From positions 1 to 64,000 of IMG/VR virus record IMGVR_UViG_3300034071_002576: a DNA stretch of 64,000 nt. One strand, given 5' to 3'. This DNA is from a virus. The position numbers and the translations under genes are program-made. The notes below the pieces were generated by a model. It was not told where the DNA came from. It ran no database searches and worked only from the letters and a program-made list of their open reading frames with translations. Below, in pieces: positions 29,194 through 38,458 of this stretch. How positions within the stretch are numbered: position 1 is the stretch's first letter; each line of letters opens with the position of its first letter.

Positions 29194-30423
29194 TTACTTT
29201 CGCTTGCCGCCACCGCCACCTCCGCCGCCTCCGCCGCCGCCACCTCCGCCGCCGCCACCTCCGCCGCCGCCACCTCCGCCGCCGCCACCTCCGCCGCCGC
29301 CACCTCCGCCGCCGCCGCCACCTCCGCCGCCGCCACCTCCGCCGCCGCCGCCACCTCCGCCGCCTCCGCCGCCGCCTCCGCCACCGCCGCCACCGCCACG
29401 GTTGCCGCCACCGCCACCTCCGCCGCCACCGCTAGGTGCAGGAGAAGGAGCAGGTGCCGGAGCAGGTGCCGGAGCAGGCGCTGGTCTTGCTGCCGGTGCG
29501 GCTGCTGGTGCCGGGCGTGCTGCAGGAGCTTGACGAGCAGGTTCTTGTTGTTTCGGTACATTAAATTCTTTGTTTTGTTGCGCTGCTTTGTTTTGCGGAG
29601 CTTTAGCTGCTGAAGGAGAGGCGAAGAGCGTGGGAGCTTTATTACTTTGTTGTTGGCCTCCGCCAGCGGGTTTGACGGTGAACCCACCGTCTGCAGCTGG
29701 TTTAACCTTGATGCCGAGTTCTTTTTGCGCTGCGGCTGAGGGGGCTATTGCTGATCTCGATGCAGCTTTGATTATCTGATTCTCGGATAAACCCTGCTTC
29801 TGTAAGTATTTAATATCTTGTGTGTTGAATCCCGCTCCACCTCTTTTAGCTAAATCAAATGTTTGGCCTGCGACTTTAACAATATTTGTTTTTTTAGCAG
29901 GAGTCGTTTGCGTTTGCGTTTGCGTTTGAGTTACTTCGGGGGCGGCTTCTTCCGCACCTAAATAATCGTTTAAATAATCATCCAAGTAAGACTGAAAGTC
30001 AAACTCTTCGTAGCCTCCGTCCCCTCCTGCGCCAGTATCTCCGTAGTCTCCAAAACCGCCAGAGTCTCCGAAATCGAAAAAAGATGTGTCAAACTCACCG
30101 CCGGTTAAATCTGAGTATTGTTGACCCTGCAAGCTTTGCAGCAAATCATCAATACCTAGTTGCTTACGTAAATCAGCCATTTTCGCAGCCGTGGCCTCAG
30201 TCGCCGCCGCTTTTTGTTTCGCTATAGCTTCTTCCAGCGCTTTTCGCGCTGATTCGCGTACGGCAAATCCTTCCTGCCTTTCCGTCTCTGACGAGGGACC
30301 TATTCGCCGACTTCCTTGGAGTTTGAATACTCCGGTGTACGCTTTTTCTTGAACTGCCTTAGTTAAGTCCGTCCCTGTTGTTCCTGGCAGTGTTCTGGGC
30401 GCAGATGCTAGTCGCCGAGCCAT
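29194..30423 (-). CDS. low-complexity protein with long C-terminal poly-Gly tract
   Basis: 409 aa; about 60 consecutive Gly then KRK. Confidence 0.7.
   Translation of the reverse strand: MARRLASAPRTLPGTTGTDLTKAVQEKAYTGVFKLQGSRRIGPSSETERQEGFAVRESARKALEEAIAKQKAAATEATAAKMADLRKQLGIDDLLQSLQGQQYSDLTGGEFDTSFFDFGDSGGFGDYGDTGAGGDGGYEEFDFQSYLDDYLNDYLGAEEAAPEVTQTQTQTQTTPAKKTNIVKVAGQTFDLAKRGGAGFNTQDIKYLQKQGLSENQIIKAASRSAIAPSAAAQKELGIKVKPAADGGFTVKPAGGGQQQSNKAPTLFASPSAAKAPQNKAAQQNKEFNVPKQQEPARQAPAARPAPAAAPAARPAPAPAPAPAPAPSPAPSGGGGGGGGGNRGGGGGGGGGGGGGGGGGGGGGGGGGGGGGGGGGGGGGGGGGGGGGGGGGGGGGGGGGGGGGGGGKRK
29206..29430. repeat. GGN microsatellite (about 15-nt unit CCTCCGCCGCCGCCA)
   Basis: direct tandem repeats encoding poly-Gly. 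Confidence 0.9.
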
Positions 30424-30425
30424 AT

Positions 30426-31277
30426 TTATTTCCTCTTACCGCCTCTTGCTGCTGGACGTGCTGCTGGACGTGCTGCTGGACGTGCAATTGGTGCCGATGC
30501 TGTGCGAGCAATGGTTTTTCGCGCCGTTGTGGTTAATGTCTGCGCCTGGTTTGTTGCAGTTGGTTTGGTGCTGCTGGCTCTGGGCTTCAGTTGATCAATT
30601 AGTTTTTGTGCTGATGTGGAAATCCTCTGACCACCCGCAGCAGCTTTTTTCGAAAGGTTTTTTATTTGCGAAGCAGTCCAACCTTGCTTTTGTAGATACC
30701 GGATGTCGTCTCCGCCTAAAGCCGCACCTCCTTTAGTGCCTAGGTTGTAGTTTTTACCGCCGACGTTTAATGTTGCTCCTTTTTTAGGTCTAGGTTGAGC
30801 GGGGCCGCTCACCGCCGCATTCACCGTATCCTCCGCCGTTCCCTCCGCGGCTTGCTGCGGCATGTATTGACTCAACAGATTCTCCCAATCCGGCATCTCG
30901 AACTGAGGCGTCTCGAATTCAGGCATCTCGAATTGCGGCATTTCAAATTTAGGCATCTCCATCTGAGATCCGTACATGCCTGCGTTCCCTAATGCCGACA
31001 TCAACTGATCGATACCTAAAGCGGATCTCAGCCCCGCGATGTCAGTAGCAGGGGCTTGTTGTGTTGTTGTTACAGGAGTTGTTGATGCGGTTGGTAGCGC
31101 GGGCACAGCTTTAGCGCCTTCGTCTCTTTCTGCCTGCGTCCCACCCCCGAGTCGGCCGCCTCGAGAACCTTTTAGGGAAGCTTGAGCTTGTTTTAGCGCT
31201 TCCGTGGCGGCAGCCAGCGTATCCGCGGGCAGCGCCGCTCCCTCACCTAAAGCTTGCCCCGCAAAGCGCCGCCGCAT
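30426..31277 (-). CDS. paralog of 29194-30423 with EMPxF pentapeptide repeats
   Basis: shared LGID.L..L and DI.YLQKQG blocks; both end GGKRK. Confidence 0.7.
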   Translation of the reverse strand: MRRRFAGQALGEGAALPADTLAAATEALKQAQASLKGSRGGRLGGGTQAERDEGAKAVPALPTASTTPVTTTQQAPATDIAGLRSALGIDQLMSALGNAGMYGSQMEMPKFEMPQFEMPEFETPQFEMPDWENLLSQYMPQQAAEGTAEDTVNAAVSGPAQPRPKKGATLNVGGKNYNLGTKGGAALGGDDIRYLQKQGWTASQIKNLSKKAAAGGQRISTSAQKLIDQLKPRASSTKPTATNQAQTLTTTARKTIARTASAPIARPAARPAARPAARGGKRK

Positions 31278-31303
31278 CGTACTTTAAGCCGTATGCTTCA
31301 ATG

Positions 31304-31807
31304 TTAACTGGTCTGCTGGGAATCTGTTCGGGTGAAGTATCTACGTAAACTATGCCCTTTTTTTACAACCATATCTAAGGTTTTTACATAGTCTGCTGCA
31401 TCTTCGTATGATTTAAACGACTTAGCTTCCTTGTTATTGTCAGTATATTCTACTACTTTATTATCCTGCATTACTTTTTTTACATAACCGCCCTTTGGCG
31501 CGCAGATCAACCAAGTCTCACGAAACCTTAAATGGGCGAGCTTGGCCACTTCAGCCTCGGTGTATAAAACACATTTTGGTTGCAGTTTACTTTGTGCGGC
31601 AGGTTTCTTTGTCTTTTTTAGATTTACTTGAATTTTGTGTTGCCGCTTCAGAGCTCTGGCTTTGTTGCTCGCTACCAGAGGAGACTCGAAAGATTCCTCT
31701 AACAGAAATATATCTTCTTCTCCTGTGATGAACGCGAAGTATCGGTCTCCCGCCCGGACTGTGAAAATTTCCTTTTCCGGCCCCCGTGGGATTCGTACCA
31801 GTTCCAT
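31304..31807 (-). CDS. hypothetical protein
   Basis: 167-aa ORF downstream of the polymerase. Confidence 0.6.
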   Translation of the reverse strand: MELVRIPRGPEKEIFTVRAGDRYFAFITGEEDIFLLEESFESPLVASNKARALKRQHKIQVNLKKTKKPAAQSKLQPKCVLYTEAEVAKLAHLRFRETWLICAPKGGYVKKVMQDNKVVEYTDNNKEAKSFKSYEDAADYVKTLDMVVKKGHSLRRYFTRTDSQQTS

Positions 31808-31831
31808 TTTGTGTGCCTTGCTGGGGGAACT

Positions 31832-33730
31832 TTACTTCGCCGACCAGTCATCGCCTATGCCCGGTTCCGCTACTAATCTCGTTTTTTCGAACACAGACGC
31901 ACCAGCATTTACCATGATTTCGGCAAGCTTATCTTTCCAGAAATTCTCCAATCCTTCTCGGACTTCTAGTACGCATTCATCGTGTACCACTGCGATTAAA
32001 CGCACATCGTTGTTTAGATGGTCATTAAGCTCGCCGAGCGCTACTTTTAAAATGTCCGCACCTGTCCCCTGGATTAGTGTGTTAGCTGCGATTGTCATTC
32101 GAGCATCGTCGTACGACAGCAACCGACGCCGCCCCAGAGCGGTTCGCGTGTAACACCAGCCGTCTTGGACTAAAGCGCCGCGTTGACGGTGCCATTCCCT
32201 CAGGCGCGGGTACGCACTGTGGAATTTACTGTGCAGTATCTTGCTCTCCGACAGACTTAGCTGTACGCCGAACGAAGCCGCTGCGTATGTTTTGAACTTA
32301 CGGAACCCAATTCCATAAATAAACCCGAAGTTGGCTCCTTTAGCCATCTGCCTCTGTTGCTTTGTGACGTCTGATATATCGCAGTCATTTACTAAGCTTG
32401 CTGTGAGTGTGTGCAAATCTATGTCGGTATTGTACGCTTCTTGCATTTGAGGGATGTTAGCTAACTCCGCGAGTAGGCGTAATTCCATCTGCGAGTAGTC
32501 CGCGATGATCAGTTTGTACCCAGGAGACGCTACAAAGGCTTCCCGAAATAGTTTTGATCGCGGAACCTGCTGAAGATTCACAGCGAACGTTGTTTTTGTT
32601 TTAGTCTTAGCCGTTTTCGGCGCCCCTGCGCACGTAAACCGACCACTGTTGGCGCCCACTTGATTGTAGAAGCTGTGGATCCTGTGAGTTACTGGGTTTA
32701 TGTTCTGAATCAGCTTTTCAGCATGCTCTAGACTTGTTTCAATTTTTACGCGTTCTCGGTACAGCAGAAGCACTGCATCTTTGCTATCAAACTCCGCCAG
32801 CGATATTTGGTTCAGTGTGCTTTTTCCTGTCTCTTCGTTCTGAGGCAACGCGATACCGCACAGGTCAAAAGCCTTTGCCACTTGCGTGGTCGAACCGGGG
32901 TTAAATTCCTTGTTTGCCTTCTTGCCCACGGCTACCGCGCCGTCCACTGTCCGAGGCAGTTTGTTTTCTGCGGGGAGTTTCGCGTCTAATGCTTCTACAA
33001 ATTCTGTTGTTTTTTCGTTTAATTGTGTCTCCAAACTTACCTTAAGTTTATGTAAACGTTCAGTATTAACGTTGAATCCTGTGTAACTCATTTTTGCTAC
33101 GGGGCGTATGCACTTTGATTCAATACTGTAGACTCCTATTAAAGCTTCCTCGTTCAGTTCTTTTAGCTGCTCCGCTGCGATTTTTGGAAGAATATCGACG
33201 TCTGTCGCCGCATACTCGACTTGGTCGAGTGTCAAAGTTTCTGCGCTCCAGTCCGTTTTGCGTTGTTCTTTATCTAGTTCTATTTCTAGTCGACGTTCAG
33301 CGACTGCCTTGAGCGAGCAGGATACGTCGGCGAAATAAGGTTTGTTGGATTTAGGTGAGTATTTTTTCTCTTGAAATCCCGCCCTTAAAACTCTTTCGGC
33401 TATATACGTGTCAAATATTTTATTCTTGTAGTCGATACCTAAAGAGTAGAAAAACTGTAAATCGAAGCCTAAGTTGTGCCCTAGGAGTAGTTCTCGACTC
33501 TCGATTAAAATTTTTAACTCATCTAGAACAGATGTTTTGAAGATATCAATTACGTGAATCGTTCGGTCTTCGACAGCGGGGGAGGCGTCGCAGAGCTGAA
33601 CCAACCGACATTTTGACACCGTGGCCTGAAGCCCTGTTGTTTCTGTATCAGCACATAGTTTGCTGAACTTGTCCAACTCGTTTATCGCCTTTAGTGCTTC
33701 TGCGTCTTCGGTGATGTAATTGATTTTCAT
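31832..33730 (-). CDS. polA: family A DNA polymerase with 3'-5' exonuclease
   Basis: DTETTG, GHN..FD, YAA.D; ADYSQMELR, KGANFGFIYG (Phe at the 762-equivalent position), VHDE. Confidence 0.95.
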   Translation of the reverse strand: MKINYITEDAEALKAINELDKFSKLCADTETTGLQATVSKCRLVQLCDASPAVEDRTIHVIDIFKTSVLDELKILIESRELLLGHNLGFDLQFFYSLGIDYKNKIFDTYIAERVLRAGFQEKKYSPKSNKPYFADVSCSLKAVAERRLEIELDKEQRKTDWSAETLTLDQVEYAATDVDILPKIAAEQLKELNEEALIGVYSIESKCIRPVAKMSYTGFNVNTERLHKLKVSLETQLNEKTTEFVEALDAKLPAENKLPRTVDGAVAVGKKANKEFNPGSTTQVAKAFDLCGIALPQNEETGKSTLNQISLAEFDSKDAVLLLYRERVKIETSLEHAEKLIQNINPVTHRIHSFYNQVGANSGRFTCAGAPKTAKTKTKTTFAVNLQQVPRSKLFREAFVASPGYKLIIADYSQMELRLLAELANIPQMQEAYNTDIDLHTLTASLVNDCDISDVTKQQRQMAKGANFGFIYGIGFRKFKTYAAASFGVQLSLSESKILHSKFHSAYPRLREWHRQRGALVQDGWCYTRTALGRRRLLSYDDARMTIAANTLIQGTGADILKVALGELNDHLNNDVRLIAVVHDECVLEVREGLENFWKDKLAEIMVNAGASVFEKTRLVAEPGIGDDWSAK

Positions 33731-33741
33731 GAGAGGAAAAG

Positions 33742-33766
33742 AAAAAACCCCAGCATGCTGGGGTTT
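33742..33766 (-). terminator. intrinsic terminator immediately upstream of polA
   Basis: AAACCCCAGCATGCTGGGGTTT with T-tract on the - strand. Confidence 0.7.
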
Positions 33767-33796
33767 GATGATAGGACCTTTTTTGTTTCCTGGTCG

Positions 33797-34627
33797 TCAG
33801 CTGTTGTGACTCGCAAAGACACGGTCGATGTAGTCGTCGATGTCTCCCCATGAATCAACCATGGAGCTTCCTTTTTCTGTCGCGCGGACCTTGTAGTACA
33901 CGCGCTGCATGTACTCCGCCTTTGTGTGTGCGTCGTCCCTCAGGCTGCCAACCGAGACGGCTTTCTCCTGCTCGACCAAGCCGTGATTCCGGCACCAGAT
34001 CAGCCCCTCGCGCATACCGATATACACCGGTGACACGTGGAACGTACGCTTCCGATCCGCACTGCCTGCAGTATCTACAGGTTCCCACTCCCCTACGTTT
34101 AAATTTCGTTCGAACCCTTTGAAAGCCAGACAGGTTTCTCGGACGCTTGTATTACGCCAGAGCATGTTGACGTAATCAGTAGCTGCTTCTCGGAGGGTCA
34201 CCCAATCGCTTGAGCAACTGCGTAGTAACAACGCAGCTCCTGCAGACCAATAGCTGCTGTGGGCGTTGAGCTTTTCGATCAGCTCTTCAGTAGTTGCTCC
34301 TTCCTTAAGAACTTTTGCGTGAGCTCCGTTCCTTACGACAGGTGCTGAGCGTCTGTTGCTTAAGTTACCTTGTCCCTCTCCAGACTTTTGGATAGATATT
34401 TTCCAGGCCAAGGAAGCGAGATCTTGATTCTGTTCTCTGACTGAGAGCTCGAAGAGTCGCTGACTGTCGAGCTTCCTCAAGTCGAAGATCTTGGTCAATT
34501 CAATCTCGATAGGACCTTGACCGTATTCCCCCGTGGCAGCCAGGAGCGCCACCGCTTCGGTCTGTTTGATTGGGGTATTCCCCAGCAAGAATTGGAAAGG
34601 CATGTTCATGTGAGTGGAACGTTGCAA
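33797..34627 (-). CDS. hypothetical protein
   Basis: 276-aa ORF. Confidence 0.6.
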   Translation of the reverse strand: MQRSTHMNMPFQFLLGNTPIKQTEAVALLAATGEYGQGPIEIELTKIFDLRKLDSQRLFELSVREQNQDLASLAWKISIQKSGEGQGNLSNRRSAPVVRNGAHAKVLKEGATTEELIEKLNAHSSYWSAGAALLLRSCSSDWVTLREAATDYVNMLWRNTSVRETCLAFKGFERNLNVGEWEPVDTAGSADRKRTFHVSPVYIGMREGLIWCRNHGLVEQEKAVSVGSLRDDAHTKAEYMQRVYYKVRATEKGSSMVDSWGDIDDYIDRVFASHNS

Positions 34628-34672
34628 GAGTAAGCAAATACAGGTCAGTATACAAGCCCTTTGAGATTTTTT

Positions 34673-35080
34673 TCAGATTTCAGCGCCGAATCCTTCCAGC
34701 CTCGTCACCCAGATACAGATATCATCCGTAATTCTTTCCGCCATTTGCATGACGTCGACATAACTGATGTCAATAGACATTAATAAATCATCCGTGATCG
34801 GTACTCCGAATTCTTCCATAACATACGTAGCTAACGGCATACACACGTCTACACACTCTCCGTCAGCACTGTTTTTATAAATGCAGAACATTTTTTTAAC
34901 GTCTATAAAATCTATGTAAGCTTCTTGGTACCTAACCGATCTGTTTAATGTGTTGGTCGGATGACCAGACATACACTCACATAATCGGTCCCGTATCCAA
35001 GAACATAGTTCTACATCTGTTATGCCGTTTGATTTATATTCGTTGTATACCGATCGTATGATGTACGCTATTTCTTTCAT
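34673..35080 (-). CDS. hypothetical protein (AT-rich)
   Basis: ATGA coupling. Confidence 0.55.
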   Translation of the reverse strand: MKEIAYIIRSVYNEYKSNGITDVELCSWIRDRLCECMSGHPTNTLNRSVRYQEAYIDFIDVKKMFCIYKNSADGECVDVCMPLATYVMEEFGVPITDDLLMSIDISYVDVMQMAERITDDICIWVTRLEGFGAEI

Positions 35081-35301
35081 GTAGGTCTAGCCCTGCTCCA
35101 ACGTGCTTGTCCGTGAATGTGCCCAACGCACACCCACAGTTCGTTGTTGGTGGTGTCGTACCAGATATGTCCCACCCTAGGTCTGGGAGGTTGAGCCGCT
35201 GTGGAAATCAGCTCACCCTGTTCGAGATCGACTTCGGTTTCCTCAGTGCCACAGTACTCCTCTTTAACTCTAGAGATTTCATCAGCAGGGTTGCTTTTCA
35301 T
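35077..35301 (-). CDS. small protein with a single fibre-like GHIWYDT module
   Basis: PP.PRVGHIWYDTTNNELWV. Confidence 0.5.
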   Translation of the reverse strand: MKSNPADEISRVKEEYCGTEETEVDLEQGELISTAAQPPRPRVGHIWYDTTNNELWVCVGHIHGQARWSRARPT

Positions 35302-35310
35302 GGCGTCAAC

Positions 35311-36861
35311 TTAGCGGAGACACTTTTGAATCGCATCCACAGCTTTCTCTGTGTTGTAAACGTTCACGGAATACACCTCATCGCTAAATCCTCGGCACAC
35401 ATCCGGGATGTCCGTGTTTATGCAGACAGTTGACCACTGGGTACCTGTTGCTGCTTTGAACGTGTTTACCTTTCGTTTGAGGGTTTCGTTGATGTCCGAG
35501 TGACCGTCCGTAATCATCAGAATGTCTGCTCGCGAATCTCGACAGCCTTTGTCGACCGCGTGGCTTAGTACGGCATTGAAGCTCGTCCCTCCGCCGAGAA
35601 TCCAGGTTCCTATGAAATCCAGCATCGTCGAGAGGTTGTTGCTCTTAGGGATTAGTTCGACTGTGTGCTCTATGCGCGTATCGAACAAGTTTATGAAAAC
35701 TTTTCGGTTTTCTTTCAGTGCTTCTTCCGCGACCACAAATGCGATGGCCTTGCTCCAGAGCTCAGGTTCTCCGCTCATAGAACCGGAGACATCGATATAC
35801 ATAACAACAGGACCTTTGCCTAGATTTTTTTGCTGAGCTGTGTAGTCTTTTGTGAGTATAGTCTTTTGGGAGAATTTCAGGGCAAATAATGCGCGCCCCT
35901 GGGGGGTTCCTGCCAGCGCGAGCTCTGCTGGAAAAGCTTTGGTGACATCGTTGCTGAAGGTTGCTCCTGTGATTGCCTCGTAGTTTGCCGAAGCGCTCTT
36001 AGCCCTCTTTCGTTGAAGCCACACGCGACGCAGAGCCCCGAGTTTTTTTGTCAGTGCGCGAAGCTGTTTACTGTTCTTGAGCCTGTTAGCTAATTCTTTT
36101 TTCTCCTTGAGGTCGTTTGTTTGCCTGCCTTGACCGGGCTGCAACCCGTGGAGAGTAGACAATGCCTCTTCCGTTTCGTCGCTTTCCTTTATTACTTGAT
36201 CGATAATCTGGCTCGCTTGCGGTTGGAGTCTTTCCGCAGCTTGTTGGATAGCGTCGTTGATTGCCTGATTCAGTGCCTTGCCTGCTCGCCGCGCTTCGTT
36301 TGCTTTTTGAGTGTCTCCCTCTTTCTGGGCTTTTTGAAACTGCTCCCTGAGTTCCTGCAGTTTTTTGTCTGCTGCTGTAAGGAGCTCGACGTCGAATTGA
36401 TTCTCCTCTATCGCTTTCTGAATAACTTCAGATAGTTTGTTGAGGATATTTACGGAGTTGTTCCCAGAGTTGAACTGGTTACCCACGCAACGCGTGAGTA
36501 GCTCTGTCCAGCCAGCAGCTTGGGATAAGTCAGCCATGATTGCATACCATATTCCATTCTCTGGTTTATACCCTTCTGGTATTGCCGCGCTATCGCCGTC
36601 GCAAACCTTTCGGAAATACTGTTCGTAGGCGTCTTCCGTGACGAGCCAGTTGACGTTGTCACCGTTATAGAGTCTGTCAAATAGCTCCTTCCCGAAGCGA
36701 GACAGTTGTTTGATGTTGTGATGGTCGATTAGGTAGGTAACAACAGGACGGCTTTCTCTGATGAAGTCATCCCATAGAAAATCCGCCAGCGCAGAACAAG
36801 CGAGCGTTAGAGGCTCGTTGTTGACGAGACGAACGAATTCTGAGTGCGTGTCAAAGTTCAT
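35311..36861 (-). CDS. VWA-domain protein (ViaA/CoxE-like)
   Basis: MIDAS DVSGSM, GGTSF, ITDG; probable start MNFDTH. Confidence 0.88.
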   Translation of the reverse strand: MNFDTHSEFVRLVNNEPLTLACSALADFLWDDFIRESRPVVTYLIDHHNIKQLSRFGKELFDRLYNGDNVNWLVTEDAYEQYFRKVCDGDSAAIPEGYKPENGIWYAIMADLSQAAGWTELLTRCVGNQFNSGNNSVNILNKLSEVIQKAIEENQFDVELLTAADKKLQELREQFQKAQKEGDTQKANEARRAGKALNQAINDAIQQAAERLQPQASQIIDQVIKESDETEEALSTLHGLQPGQGRQTNDLKEKKELANRLKNSKQLRALTKKLGALRRVWLQRKRAKSASANYEAITGATFSNDVTKAFPAELALAGTPQGRALFALKFSQKTILTKDYTAQQKNLGKGPVVMYIDVSGSMSGEPELWSKAIAFVVAEEALKENRKVFINLFDTRIEHTVELIPKSNNLSTMLDFIGTWILGGGTSFNAVLSHAVDKGCRDSRADILMITDGHSDINETLKRKVNTFKAATGTQWSTVCINTDIPDVCRGFSDEVYSVNVYNTEKAVDAIQKCLR

Positions 36862-37081
36862 TTGATGGTTTGCTTGTGTCGGTGCTGGTTTCCGAGAGTT
36901 CATCCGTAATAGCTTTCCGATAACCCCAGGCTGCCGCCGTGGCCGCCAACCTATGGATCGGGTCCTCACAATCCGGATGCCGAGAGTCCTGCAGGATCGA
37001 AACCCACCAGGACTCTACGAGCTCTGCTGAAAGTTCCTTACGTAATCCTTTACTTACTGATGTCACTGATAGCTCGCGCAA
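36851..37081 (-). CDS. small protein distantly related to the 43.4-44.6 kb array family
   Basis: ELVESW...LAATAAAWGY; start uncertain. Confidence 0.45.
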   Translation of the reverse strand: MRELSVTSVSKGLRKELSAELVESWWVSILQDSRHPDCEDPIHRLAATAAAWGYRKAITDELSETSTDTSKPSNEL

Positions 37082-38237
37082 GGGTATCGCAGTGATTTTG
37101 GAGAGTTTGCTGAAGTTTAACTCCGGAGCTGCGTGTGCTCGCAGACATTCTCAGCTTGGACCCGTCCAACAGTTCTGAGACTTTATCCCTTACTGTTGTC
37201 ATGTCTTTAGCGTATTTACGTAGTTGAACAACAAAATCATTAAGCTCACTCAAACCTTTGACTCGGTAGCGATGGCTGTGTGTGCTGTACTCGGCCATGA
37301 TTCCTGCAGCAGCTCTCTTCGCGTCTGAAAACACTTTGTCCGCTGTGGGGACCTCCTGCTCTAGAACCTCCTTAATGATGTCTTGATCCTCCCCTGATTG
37401 GTAGACAATGTGAATCAAACTACCGTGCATATGTTCAGGGAATAACTCGTCGTCACCTTGGACAACAGCCCATGCTTTGAGAAACTTGAGGATTTGAACG
37501 CGGCGTCTATCGCTGATCGTGATCGCTCGGGTGCCCAGCATCTCCCAGACCGAACTGAACTTATCTAAGAATTCCGCTGATACCGAGATTTGCTCGGCTT
37601 CAGTCTGCAGTTCAGCTAGTTCGTTGAGGGTTAAGTGCTCGCCCACCGCGGGGCGCTTTTCCATACCCAGACCCCATGCGTCCAGCTTCCTCTTAGATAC
37701 GGGTTTTTGCAAGAGGTTAACTGTAGGGCGAAATAAGAAACGATCGGCAAAAGCCTGCAGTGACTCTTCGTCTGGCCAGCTGTTCGTCGCAGCGATGATC
37801 GATTGGATGGGTGTCTCGATATTCTCTTTACCGTTGTTAAACGTCCTCTCGTTCAACAGAGTGAGTAGTGAATTAAGGATCGCAGAGGATCCACGAAACA
37901 ACTCGTCTAAGAATCCGATGTGAGCTGTAGGCAGATAACCTTCTGTGTCGCGGGTGTACTCGTCGGCCAGCAGTTTGGTCACTGCAACAGGACCGAACAC
38001 CTCGGATGGATCCGTCGTGGGGGTGAGCAGGTATCCGAAGTAGTTTGCTCCGCTTATCCCTCCGCAAACGCTCCGCACTAGATCTGACTTACCTGTACCG
38101 GGTAGACCTAAGAGGAACGCGTTTTGCTTGCTCAACAGCGACGCAAGCAATCCGTCAATAACTGGACCGCGTTCCAGATGTGCTGCGCTGAGTGCGCCGC
38201 GGAAGTTTTGAAGCTTGGTGAAGAGTTGATCGTTCAT
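37050..38237 (-). CDS. MoxR/RavA-family AAA+ ATPase
   Basis: GLPGTGKS, FLDE, AILNSLL.LLNER, ATN, DRF, SDRR. Confidence 0.9.
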   Translation of the reverse strand: MNDQLFTKLQNFRGALSAAHLERGPVIDGLLASLLSKQNAFLLGLPGTGKSDLVRSVCGGISGANYFGYLLTPTTDPSEVFGPVAVTKLLADEYTRDTEGYLPTAHIGFLDELFRGSSAILNSLLTLLNERTFNNGKENIETPIQSIIAATNSWPDEESLQAFADRFLFRPTVNLLQKPVSKRKLDAWGLGMEKRPAVGEHLTLNELAELQTEAEQISVSAEFLDKFSSVWEMLGTRAITISDRRRVQILKFLKAWAVVQGDDELFPEHMHGSLIHIVYQSGEDQDIIKEVLEQEVPTADKVFSDAKRAAAGIMAEYSTHSHRYRVKGLSELNDFVVQLRKYAKDMTTVRDKVSELLDGSKLRMSASTRSSGVKLQQTLQNHCDTLARAISDISK

Positions 38238-38458
38238 GGTTTGATTGTGAGTGGTTGGTAGCCGATTGGGTGCGGAAAAGGAATGCAGTGCATGTTCACT
38301 CTGCACTCTGTTACTAAAGACTTTGTTAGTGTCGCTAGCTTTTTAACGGCAGTGTCATACTCGACAAAAGTGACAGCTTCGAAAATGTTTGATGTGTACT
38401 TTTCGATGTCACACAAATAGCCTTTCGACGATTCGATGACATAAACGAGTCGATCCAT
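38234..38458 (-). CDS. hypothetical protein
   Basis: coupled start/stop on both sides. Confidence 0.55.
   Translation of the reverse strand: MDRLVYVIESSKGYLCDIEKYTSNIFEAVTFVEYDTAVKKLATLTKSLVTECRVNMHCIPFPHPIGYQPLTIKP

Noticed and set aside
29163-29687. Poly-Pro (29204-29533 +) and AAAEV-repeat (29163-29687 -) ORFs
   Set aside because: Alternative frames of the GGN tract; the poly-Gly frame is supported by its paralog ending GGKRK
31832-33730. Intein or intron in polA, primase-helicase or thyX
   Set aside because: The ORFs are continuous, of ordinary length and lack splicing motifs
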